Source: Candidatus Lindowbacteria bacterium RIFCSPLOWO2_12_FULL_62_27
GTDB lineage: Bacteria; Lindowbacteria; 2-12-FULL-62-27
NCBI GenBank assembly: GCA_001784175.1
Contig: MFPR01000022.1
Location: 1-35,200 of the forward strand
Direction of reading: 5' to 3'
Length of the DNA stretch: 35,200 nt
Below the pieces are notes generated by a model that was not told where the DNA came from, made no database searches, and worked only from the letters and a program-made list of their open reading frames with translations. Position 1 is the first letter of the stretch; each line of letters opens with the position of its first letter. Below, piece by piece: positions 26,831-35,200 of this stretch. The position numbers were made by a program, and so were the translations under genes.

Positions 26831-27185
26831 GTCCTCGAACTGTTTTGATCGAAGTGGATATAATTCGAGCGAGCTGGTCGTTTTCATCAAGGATATCGTC
26901 AAGCAGGGTCTTCTTCATCAGGCCGCTTTTCGATATCATCTTCAGCCATATCATTGTTTCATTGAGTTCCTTCAATACGACGGACAATTTGTGAACAAAG
27001 TCAGCGTCGCTTTCGGCAGAGCGGGATTCTCCGTAATTGGGAGCGGGCGACGTTCCAGACCGCACTATCTGACGCGCAAGATGTTTGCCGGCCGGCGTTG
27101 GAGGAAGATGTCCGGACAGCTTGATGATTCTTACGCCAAAGTCGATAAGCCTCTCTTCAAGTTCATCCGCTTTCCGCTGATCCAT
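26811..27185 (-). CDS. Four helix bundle protein (23S rRNA-IVP / TIGR02436-like, Avd-like fold)
   Basis: LEERLIDF, QIVRSGTSPAPNYGE, AES.ADFVHKL...LKELNET..WL; 124 aa; lower GC than its neighbours. Confidence 0.92.
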   Translation of the reverse strand: MDQRKADELEERLIDFGVRIIKLSGHLPPTPAGKHLARQIVRSGTSPAPNYGESRSAESDADFVHKLSVVLKELNETMIWLKMISKSGLMKKTLLDDILDENDQLARIISTSIKTVRGRMINRK

Positions 27186-27198
27186 CGATGACGAACTG

Positions 27199-27240
27199 TA
27201 ATAGAAAATAGCAGATAAACAATGACAAATAGAAAATAGT
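27199..27240 (+). repeat. Six tandem heptamers, inverted relative to the 26782-26830 array
   Basis: Plus strand reads TAATAGA AAATAGC AGATAAA CAATGAC AAATAGA AAATAGT. Confidence 0.85.
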
Positions 27241-27292
27241 TTTGTAAGAGGCTGTGGTCAGACGGTCAGCGCACCCTACGACGACATCCCTG

Positions 27293-30200
27293 TCAGCGGA
27301 CGATCGCGAGCTTGTCGATGAGTTTGTTGCCGCTCGATTCGAGGATGTAGATGTAGACGCCCGAGCCGACTTTCTGGCCGTGCTTGTTGGTGGTGTCCCA
27401 CTTGAGCGTCATGTTGAGGCCGGCCTTGCCGGGTTCGGCGAGTTCCCGGATGAGGCGGCCGGCGACGTCATATATCTTGAGTGTGACCGGCGCGTCGGCG
27501 GGCAGACTGTACTTGAAGGTCATCTGGCCGGTGGCGGCGTCCGGGCCCGGATTCGGGTAGACGAACGACTGTTCCTTGTCGAGCGCGGCCGCAAGGAAGG
27601 CGGCGAGATAGTCCGGCAACCCGACGGCCAGGGTCAGTTTGACCGACGAGGACAGCATGACGGCGGTGGAGGCCGCGCTCTTCATGTCGACCGGGCCCGA
27701 CGGACCGCCGATGAGCACGGCGCCGAATTCGCCCGGCACGTTGCTCGCGTCCCACTTCAGCGTCACGGGGCCGGTCGGGCCTGTGACGACCACCGGCCAC
27801 GCGGCCGCCGTTTTCACCGGCGCGCCGATGCTCGCCGCATAGTATTTCCCGGATTCTTCGGCCGGTGATTCCGGCGACGAGGGTTCGCCGATCCATACCT
27901 GCACGTCGCCCGCCATGCCCGGGGCCTTCCAGAGATCGTTCATGTCTTCGTCATTCCGCGCCGCGGGGGCAACGCCCACGAAGTTGTACTCGTCCCGCAC
28001 CTGACTGTCGCCGGTGTAGGCCATGAGCTGGAGCCGCCAACTTGAAATATCCCCTCCCCCCTGCGAGTAGACGGGGGCCGATTGCTTGACCTTGGTCGAC
28101 TGCGGCATGCGCTTGTTGCCGCCGTAATAGACGATGGTGCAGGCCGTGTTGATCTTGACCCAGTATCCGACCCACGGTTTGATCTGCAGAGAATCCTCGC
28201 CGGTGGACGTCAGGGACGCGAGATACTGCCCCGCGCTGTGATCCCGCCACTGGAGTTTGGTGTCGATGTACGTGGTGGTGCGCAATTGGGACAACGGGTA
28301 CTGACACCCTGTTGCATCGGTTTCCACGTAGACGTCGTCAAGCCAGTTGATGAAGTGCGGGAACGGGTTGCCGATCATATTGGCGCCCGCGGTCATGATG
28401 GTTTTCGCGTAGCTGGCGGTGGACACCACGGGAGTCCCGAGAAGCCCGACGGACGTCGCCGACGTCGATTTGAACCAGTAGGCCTGGCCGGTGTCATATT
28501 TAGTGAACTCGCCGTTTGCCGAATTGTTCGGCGAGGCCTGGCCGGTAACCGATTTGTATCTATAAAAGGTCGCGTTCGAAGACGAGATGGTCGGATCGTT
28601 CGAATAGGACAGGCCCGTGCCGCTGTAAGACAACTGGCCAAGACCGGTGAGGGACTGGTCCGGCCGTTTGAAGGGCGAGAACATGACCCATGTGTTCGCC
28701 GGGACATCGCGCTTGTCGGTGTAGACCACGATTTGCGCCTGTCGGGAGCTCGCGCTCGTCGCCGTCACCACATAGATGCCGTTGCCGCTGCCGAGCGTCA
28801 GGGTGATCGACGACGTGAAGCCATTCGAGCCCGTCGTGGTGGACGACGTGGGAGACAACGTCGCGCCGCCGGCGGCGTTGGAGCCGTTATAATCGACGGT
28901 GTAGGACACGGTCGCGTTGGACACGGTGTCGCCGGTGGTGTCGTAGGCGGCGATCCTGAAGGTCATCGAGCCGCCCGCGCTCAGGATGTGGTGGTTGCCG
29001 GTGTCGAACACGAGCGAGTCGCCCGTCGTGCCGCCGCCTTCGATCGTGGCCGTCGCCGTGACCAGAATCAGGCGGGGGCTGTCCAGATAATTGACGCGGA
29101 CCACGTCGCCCGGCCGGACGAAAAGCTTGCCGCTGGCGGCGGCGGAGTGCGAGCTGCTGACCAGCGAGATCGGGAAACTCTCGCGGAAGACGCTTGCGTT
29201 GGCGCTGAGTTCGCCAAGGGTCGCCGTTTCGTATTCGGCGTTGCCCTCGGAGTTGAACGTCACATTTTCAAGCCAGACCTGCACGCTGTCCACGGCGCCG
29301 GTGTTCGCATTCGGATCCGTGTCGTTCACTTCGATCACGATGCTGTCATGCCGGATGGCCTTGTAGGTCGTCGCGACCGATCCGCCCTTCGTCAGCATCT
29401 GCACCGTGCCGAACCGGACGTTCGTGTCGGACCGGAAAGAGCCGGTGGCCGAATAGGCGCTGTTGTTGGCCAGATCGTCGATGGTCCTGACGCGCCAATA
29501 GTATGTGTCGATGTACAAATTCGTGACCGTGTCGCTGGTCCGCGCGCCGTCGATCGTGTCAGAGAAGGTGAGGGACGTAAAGTTGGTGTTCTTGGACACT
29601 TCGAGGGCGAACGAATCGATCCCCACGCTGTCCGAGCCGGCTGTCCACGACACCACAACCTGCGACACGGTCGTCTCGTGGCCGTTGACCGGCAGCATCG
29701 TGTCCGGCCGCGGCGCGTGGGTGTCGACGACGAATCCACGCGCGGTCGAGTGCGCGCTGACGTTGCCGAGATCGTCAATTGCGCGGACGTGCCAGAAGTA
29801 CGTGTCGTTGTAGAGAGGCGACGCGGTCCGGCTGGCGGTGGCGGCGTCGAAGGTGTCGTTGATGGCCATCATCGTGAAGTTGCTGTTCTTCGACAGCTCG
29901 ATCGCGTAGCTGTCCAAGCCTACGCTGTCGGAAACCGCAGTCCATGAGAGCACGATAGAGGTGTTCGTGGTCTCATGCGCGTCGGCCGGCTGGCTGAGCG
30001 TTGTGACGTTGACGAGAGTGTCGACGACGAATCCCCGCGTGGCCGAATTGGGGCCGACATTGGCCAGATCGTCGATCGCGCGGACACGCCAGAAATAGGT
30101 GTCGTTATACGTGCCCGTGATGTAATCGGTGGTCGCCGTGCCGTCGACGGTGTCGGCGAAGACGGTCGTGGCGAACGACGTGCCTTTGGACGCCTCGACC

Positions 30201-33200
30201 ACGAATGAATCGATCCCCACGCTGTCGTCCAGGATGGCCCAACTGACCGGGATCGACAGCGCGGTGGTTTCTGTTCCGTCGGCCGGCGCGGACACCGTCA
30301 CCTGGCTCGCGTGCGTGTCGAGGAGAACCGTCTGGGTGGCCGTGGTGTCGGTCAGGGCGCCGACCGCCACGGTGCTGATGACGCCCACGCGCCAGAAGTA
30401 GGTGTCTTCGCGGGGCAGCTTGAAGGTGGTGTCCGTGGCCGCGTCGAATACCTGCTGCGCGAGGATGGAGGCGAAGGTCGACACCTGCGATATCTGGAAT
30501 ATGTAGGTGTCGACATTCGAGCCGCTCCACTGGAAGACGATGTTTGCGTTGGTCGTATCGTGCGCGACCGTCGGGGACACCAGCGCGACGCCGAAGGACG
30601 TGTCGACCTTGAAGGCGAACGTCTCCGAATAGGCGCCGGCATTGGCCAGATCGTCGATCGCCTTGACGCGCCAGTAATAGTGGGTGTCGCCGATGAGTTC
30701 CTTGGTGGTCGAATCGGTGAAGGTTCCATTTCTTGTGTCGACGTGGAGCGTCTGCGCGAACGACGTGTCCCGGGCAATCTCGACCACGTACGAATCGACG
30801 CCCACGCTGTCCGAAATCGCCTGCCAGGTCAGGGTCGGGGTCGTGTCCGTCGTCACGGCGTTGTTGACCGGCAACAGCAGCGTGACTTTCGCGATGATCG
30901 TGTCCGTCACGAATCCCCGGGTCGACGAATACGCGCCGGCGTTGGCGCGGTTGTCGACCGCGCGAACGCGCCAGTAGTACGTGTCATTGTACAAGCCGGT
31001 CACGGTGTCGCTGGTGAACGCGCCGTCGATCGTGTCGGTGAACGCGATGCCCGTGAAGCCGGTGTTCTTCGACACCTCCACCGCGTAGCTGTCGATCCCG
31101 ACGCTGTCGGCCAGCGTGCTCCAGCTTACGAGGAAGTTGGTGGCTGACGTTTCATGCGCGTCGGCCGGCAACGACAGAGCCACGGCGCCGATCAGGGTGT
31201 CGGTCACGAACCCGCGCATGGTTGACCATGCGCCGCCGTTGCCCAGATCGTCGACCGCTCTGACATGCCAGAAATAGGTGTCGTTGTAGAGACCGGTCAC
31301 GGTGTCGCTGGTGAATGCCTGATCGATCGTGTCCGTGAACGCCAGATTCGTGAATAGCGAGTTCTTCGAAACCTCCACGGCATAGCTGTCCACACCCACG
31401 CTGTCCGTAACCGAACTCCAACTCACCACGACGCTGGTCACCGCTGTCTCGTGACCGTCGGACGGCTGGCTCAGGCTTACCACCTTCACGATCGTGTCCG
31501 CGATGAATCCCCGCGTGGTCGAGAAGGATCCGCCGTTGGCGAGGTTGTCGACCGCCCGGACGCGCCAGAAGTATGTGTCGTTGTAAAGTCCGGTGATCGC
31601 GTCGCTCGTAGAGGCGCCATCGATCGTATCGGTGAAGGCGATGCTCGTGAAGCCCGTGTTCTTCGACACCTCCACCGCGTAGCTGTCGATCCCGACGCTG
31701 TCGGCCAGCGCGGTCCAGCTTGCCGAGAAGTTGACGGCATTTGTTTCATGCGCGTCCGCTGGCAGGGACAACGTCACCTGGCCGATGAGTGTGTCGACGA
31801 CGAATCCGCGTGCGCTCGAATAGGCGCTCACGTTGCCCAGGCCGTCGATGGACCGGACGCGCCAGAAATGCGTGTCATTGTAGAAGGGCGACACGTTGAG
31901 GACGTTGGCGCCGGTGATGGCCTGGAAGGTGAGGCCGAGCGGCGTCAGTATGGTAAAACTGCTGTTCTTCGCTATCTCCACCGCGTAGCTGTCCAAGCCG
32001 ACGCTGTCCGGCTCCGCGGTCCAGCTCAACCGGACGTTCGTGGCGGTGGTTTCGTGCCCGTCCGCCGGCCCGGTGGGCGAAGGGGCAGTGACAATGGTGT
32101 CGGTCACGAACCCCCTCGAGGTCGACCAAGCGCCGCCGTTGCCGAGGTCGTCGATGGCCCGGGCACGCCAGTGGTAGGTGTCGTTGTAGAGGCCGGTGAC
32201 GGTGTCGGACGTGTTAGCCTGGTCGACGGTGTCGGTAAACGCCAGATTCGTGTAGTCTGAATTTTTCGAGACTTCGACCGCGTAGGAATCAACGCCGACG
32301 CTGTCGGAAACGGCAGTCCACCGGACGACAAAATCGATCGCCGTCGTCTCGTGGCCGTCCGCCGGAAGGGACGCGGACACCTGGTTCACGATCGTGTCCG
32401 TCACAAACCCGAGGGTCACCGAGAACGAGCCGCTGTTGGCCAGAGTGTCGATTGCGCGCACCCGCCAGTAATACGTATCGTTATAGAGGCCCGTCACCGT
32501 GTCGTTCGTGAACGATCCGTCCACCGTGTCCGTGAAGGCGATGCTTGTGAAGGCCGTGTTTTTCGACACCTCCACTGCGTAGCTGTCGATCCCGACGCTG
32601 TCGGCCAGCGCGGACCAGCTCACCAAAATGTTGATCGCCGTCGTTTCGTGGCTGTTCGCCGGCTGCGAGGCGCTCACCTGGTTGACACTCGTGTCGAGGA
32701 CGATCGACCGCGTCGCTGTGGTGTCCACCGTGTTGGTGGACCCCCGCGTTCCAATGACACGCCAGTAAAAGGTGTCCTGGTCGGGCAAAGCCTTTGTGCA
32801 GGACGTGACGGTCGTGTCGGCAACGGTGAGCAGGATGCTGGAAAATGAAGCCGATCTCGACAACTGCCACGTGTACGTGTCGACGTTGGTCCCGGCCCAA
32901 TTGAACACCACGGTGCCGTTCGTCGTCTCATGGCCGTCCGCAGGGCTGGTCAGAGAGATGGAGAAGTTGGTGTCGACCTTGAACGCGAACGAGTCCGCGG
33001 CTGCGAGGGTGCCGGCGTTCCCCAGATCATCGATCGCCTTGACGCGCCAGTAATAGGTCGTGTCGCCATACAGAACCACGGTCGTCGAATCGGTCGACGC
33101 GCCGTCCCGCGTGTCCTCGTGCAGAATCGCAGAAAACGTCGAGTCGCCTTTTGATATATGGAGAACGTAACTGTCGATCCCCACGCTGTCCGACACCGCG

Positions 33201-35200
33201 CCCCACGCCAACGTCGGGGTCGAGTCAGCAATGACCGCGTTGTTGGACGGCGTCGACAGCGCCGGCTTGTTCACGATCGTGTCCGTCACAAACCCGCGGG
33301 TCGACGAAAACGACCCGGCGTTGCCCAGATCGTCGATCGCGCGCACGCGCCAGTAGTACGTATCGTTGTAGAGTCCCGTCACCGTGTCGGCCGTGAACGC
33401 CTGGTCGAACGTGTCCGTGAAGGCGATGTTGCTAAACCCCGTATTTTTCGATACCTCCACCGCGTAACTGTCCACGCCCACGCTGTCGCTTGCCGCGCTC
33501 CAGCTCACCTGAAAGCCGATCGACGTCGTCTCGTGGCCGTCCGCCGGGAGCGACAGGCTCACCGTGTTCACGATCGTGTCCGTCACGAACCCCCGCGTTG
33601 CCGAGTACGATCCGCCGTTGGCCAGATCGTCGATCGCGCGCACGCGCCAGTAATACGTATCATTGTATAACCCCGTCACCGTGTCGCTCGTCAAGGCTTG
33701 GTCGATCGTGTCGGTAAAGACCATGTTCGAGACAAAGTTCGAATTCTTCGCGACTTCCACCGCGTAGCTGTCCACCCCCACGCTGTCCGAGACCACGCTC
33801 CAGCTCACCACGATGTTGATCGCCGTCGTCTCGTGCGCGTCCGCAGGCTGCGACGCGCTCACCTGGTTCACCAGCGTGTCCGTCACAAAGCCCCGCGTCG
33901 ACGAGTACGACCCGCCGTTCGCCAGATCGTCCACTGCGCGCACGCGCCAGTAATACGTATCGTTGTAGAGACCCGTCACCGTATCGCTCGTCAATACGCC
34001 GTCCACCGTGTCCGTGAACGCGATGTTCGTGAACCCTGTATTCTTCGATACCTCCACCGCGTAACTGTCCACACTCACGCTGTCCGAGACCACGCTCCAG
34101 CTCACCAGAATGTTGATCGCCGTCGTCTCGTGGCCGTCCGCAGGCTGTGACAGGCTCACTGTGTTCACGATCGTGTCCGTCACAAAGCCCCGCGCTGTCG
34201 AAAACGTCCCCTGGTTCCCCAGATCGTCCACCGCTCGCACACGCCAGTAATACGTATCGTTGTAGAGACCCGTCACCGTGTCGCTCGTCAAGGCCTGGTC
34301 CAGCGTGTCCGTAAAGATCATGTTGCTGAACCCCGTGTTTTTCGATACCTCCACCGCGTAACTGTCGATCCCCACGCTGTCGGCCAGAGCGGTCCAGCTC
34401 ACCACAATATTGATCGCCGTCGTCTCGTGGCCGTCCGCCGGCTGGGACAGGCTCACTGTGTTCACGATCGTGTCCGCCACAAAGCCCCGCGTCGCCGTAT
34501 ACGGACCGCCGTTGCCCAGATCGTCGATCGCGCGCATACGCCAATAATATGTGTCGTTGTAAATCCCGGTGGGCGTCGAAAGGGTCGTGCCGCTGTCCAC
34601 CGTGTCCGTGATCACGTTCGTAAAATTCGTGTTCTTGGATACTTCCACCGCGTAGCTGTCGATCCCCACACTGTCGCTCACCGCGGTCCATACAAACGCG
34701 ACGTAGAGCGACACGGTCTCCAATCCGTCCGCTGGCTGCAGCAGGCTCACCACGTTCACGATCGTGTCCGTCACAAATCCACGCGTCGCCGAAAACGACC
34801 CGCCGTTCGCCAGGTCATCGACGCCGCGGACACGCCAATAATACGTGTCGTTGTACAAGCCCGTCACCGTGTCGTTGGTGAAGGCGCCATCCACCGTGTC
34901 CGTGAACGCGATGTTCGAAAAGCTCGTGTTCTTCGATACCTCCACTGCGTAACTGTCGATCCCCACGCTGTCGGCCAGCGCGGTCCAGCCCACCAGGAAA
35001 TTGATCGCCGTCGTCTCATGCCCGTCCGCCGGCAAAGAGGCGCTCACTTGGTTGACGCTCGTGTCGAGAACAATCGCGCGGACGCCAGTCGTATCGAACG
35101 TGCTTGTGGCCACCCTCTGCCCGATGACGCGCCAGTAAAAGGTGTCCGGATCCGGCAGGGCCTTCGTGCAGGACGGGACCGACGTGTCGGCCACGGTCAA
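27293..35200 (-). CDS. Giant surface protein (>2635 aa, 5' end outside window): about 20 FN3-like repeats, Ig-like domains, C-terminal FlgD-Ig/T9SS-type sorting domain
   Basis: Repeats of about 99 aa (P.DG.ET...VSW..DSVG.DSYAVEVSKN..F...YNDTYYWRVRA.D..GN). C-terminus VYPNP..FKYSL..VTLKIYDVAGRLIREL..WD..G..VGSGVYIY..KLAIVR. The track's start codon is only the window edge. Confidence 0.93.
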   Translation of the reverse strand: MTVADTSVPSCTKALPDPDTFYWRVIGQRVATSTFDTTGVRAIVLDTSVNQVSASLPADGHETTAINFLVGWTALADSVGIDSYAVEVSKNTSFSNIAFTDTVDGAFTNDTVTGLYNDTYYWRVRGVDDLANGGSFSATRGFVTDTIVNVVSLLQPADGLETVSLYVAFVWTAVSDSVGIDSYAVEVSKNTNFTNVITDTVDSGTTLSTPTGIYNDTYYWRMRAIDDLGNGGPYTATRGFVADTIVNTVSLSQPADGHETTAINIVVSWTALADSVGIDSYAVEVSKNTGFSNMIFTDTLDQALTSDTVTGLYNDTYYWRVRAVDDLGNQGTFSTARGFVTDTIVNTVSLSQPADGHETTAINILVSWSVVSDSVSVDSYAVEVSKNTGFTNIAFTDTVDGVLTSDTVTGLYNDTYYWRVRAVDDLANGGSYSSTRGFVTDTLVNQVSASQPADAHETTAINIVVSWSVVSDSVGVDSYAVEVAKNSNFVSNMVFTDTIDQALTSDTVTGLYNDTYYWRVRAIDDLANGGSYSATRGFVTDTIVNTVSLSLPADGHETTSIGFQVSWSAASDSVGVDSYAVEVSKNTGFSNIAFTDTFDQAFTADTVTGLYNDTYYWRVRAIDDLGNAGSFSSTRGFVTDTIVNKPALSTPSNNAVIADSTPTLAWGAVSDSVGIDSYVLHISKGDSTFSAILHEDTRDGASTDSTTVVLYGDTTYYWRVKAIDDLGNAGTLAAADSFAFKVDTNFSISLTSPADGHETTNGTVVFNWAGTNVDTYTWQLSRSASFSSILLTVADTTVTSCTKALPDQDTFYWRVIGTRGSTNTVDTTATRSIVLDTSVNQVSASQPANSHETTAINILVSWSALADSVGIDSYAVEVSKNTAFTSIAFTDTVDGSFTNDTVTGLYNDTYYWRVRAIDTLANSGSFSVTLGFVTDTIVNQVSASLPADGHETTAIDFVVRWTAVSDSVGVDSYAVEVSKNSDYTNLAFTDTVDQANTSDTVTGLYNDTYHWRARAIDDLGNGGAWSTSRGFVTDTIVTAPSPTGPADGHETTATNVRLSWTAEPDSVGLDSYAVEIAKNSSFTILTPLGLTFQAITGANVLNVSPFYNDTHFWRVRSIDGLGNVSAYSSARGFVVDTLIGQVTLSLPADAHETNAVNFSASWTALADSVGIDSYAVEVSKNTGFTSIAFTDTIDGASTSDAITGLYNDTYFWRVRAVDNLANGGSFSTTRGFIADTIVKVVSLSQPSDGHETAVTSVVVSWSSVTDSVGVDSYAVEVSKNSLFTNLAFTDTIDQAFTSDTVTGLYNDTYFWHVRAVDDLGNGGAWSTMRGFVTDTLIGAVALSLPADAHETSATNFLVSWSTLADSVGIDSYAVEVSKNTGFTGIAFTDTIDGAFTSDTVTGLYNDTYYWRVRAVDNRANAGAYSSTRGFVTDTIIAKVTLLLPVNNAVTTDTTPTLTWQAISDSVGVDSYVVEIARDTSFAQTLHVDTRNGTFTDSTTKELIGDTHYYWRVKAIDDLANAGAYSETFAFKVDTSFGVALVSPTVAHDTTNANIVFQWSGSNVDTYIFQISQVSTFASILAQQVFDAATDTTFKLPREDTYFWRVGVISTVAVGALTDTTATQTVLLDTHASQVTVSAPADGTETTALSIPVSWAILDDSVGIDSFVVEASKGTSFATTVFADTVDGTATTDYITGTYNDTYFWRVRAIDDLANVGPNSATRGFVVDTLVNVTTLSQPADAHETTNTSIVLSWTAVSDSVGLDSYAIELSKNSNFTMMAINDTFDAATASRTASPLYNDTYFWHVRAIDDLGNVSAHSTARGFVVDTHAPRPDTMLPVNGHETTVSQVVVSWTAGSDSVGIDSFALEVSKNTNFTSLTFSDTIDGARTSDTVTNLYIDTYYWRVRTIDDLANNSAYSATGSFRSDTNVRFGTVQMLTKGGSVATTYKAIRHDSIVIEVNDTDPNANTGAVDSVQVWLENVTFNSEGNAEYETATLGELSANASVFRESFPISLVSSSHSAAASGKLFVRPGDVVRVNYLDSPRLILVTATATIEGGGTTGDSLVFDTGNHHILSAGGSMTFRIAAYDTTGDTVSNATVSYTVDYNGSNAAGGATLSPTSSTTTGSNGFTSSITLTLGSGNGIYVVTATSASSRQAQIVVYTDKRDVPANTWVMFSPFKRPDQSLTGLGQLSYSGTGLSYSNDPTISSSNATFYRYKSVTGQASPNNSANGEFTKYDTGQAYWFKSTSATSVGLLGTPVVSTASYAKTIMTAGANMIGNPFPHFINWLDDVYVETDATGCQYPLSQLRTTTYIDTKLQWRDHSAGQYLASLTSTGEDSLQIKPWVGYWVKINTACTIVYYGGNKRMPQSTKVKQSAPVYSQGGGDISSWRLQLMAYTGDSQVRDEYNFVGVAPAARNDEDMNDLWKAPGMAGDVQVWIGEPSSPESPAEESGKYYAASIGAPVKTAAAWPVVVTGPTGPVTLKWDASNVPGEFGAVLIGGPSGPVDMKSAASTAVMLSSSVKLTLAVGLPDYLAAFLAAALDKEQSFVYPNPGPDAATGQMTFKYSLPADAPVTLKIYDVAGRLIRELAEPGKAGLNMTLKWDTTNKHGQKVGSGVYIYILESSGNKLIDKLAIVR
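29420..35200 (-). repeat. FN3-like tandem repeat (about 297-bp unit) with a 2370-bp higher-order period
   Basis: I counted 20 W(R/H)-type strand motifs. The variant 'DT(F/Y)(Y/F)WRV(I)G' unit recurs at 35131, 32761 and 30391. Confidence 0.88.

Noticed and set aside
26811-27185. 23S rRNA intervening sequence
   Set aside because: No rRNA sequence flanks the gene; only the protein family is shared.
27254-27279. GTAGGGTGCGC on the minus strand, resembling the start of a GTAG-type REP
   Set aside because: Single copy, no complete palindrome, and no match to the RAYT flanks in this window.
29420-35200. Regularly spaced DNA repeats as a possible CRISPR array
   Set aside because: They are in-frame protein repeats of about 297 bp, with no unique spacers and no cas genes.

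Overview
High-GC bacterial DNA in which every credible gene lies on the minus strand. Two giant, probably secreted, paralogous surface proteins bracket the window and both are truncated by its edges. Giant 1 (14266 to <1, at least 4755 aa) is missing from the ORF track because it has no stop codon in the window; it has a signal peptide and nine beta-helix + FN3-like modules. Giant 2 (>35200 to 27293) has about 20 FN3-like repeats arranged in an 8-domain, 2370-bp super-repeat and ends in a T9SS/FlgD-type C-terminal domain. The two share a C-terminal cassette and are very rich in D-S/T motifs. Between them lie a RAYT-type HUH transposase inside 27-bp inverted repeats, a nine-gene RDD / B-box / DUF4129 / DUF4350 / MoxR / DUF58 / SpoIIM / RDD operon, a FapA (DUF342) gene with a sigma-28-like promoter, and a four-helix-bundle gene enclosed by inverted heptamer arrays. 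All family assignments come from recognising motifs by eye, not from database searches.
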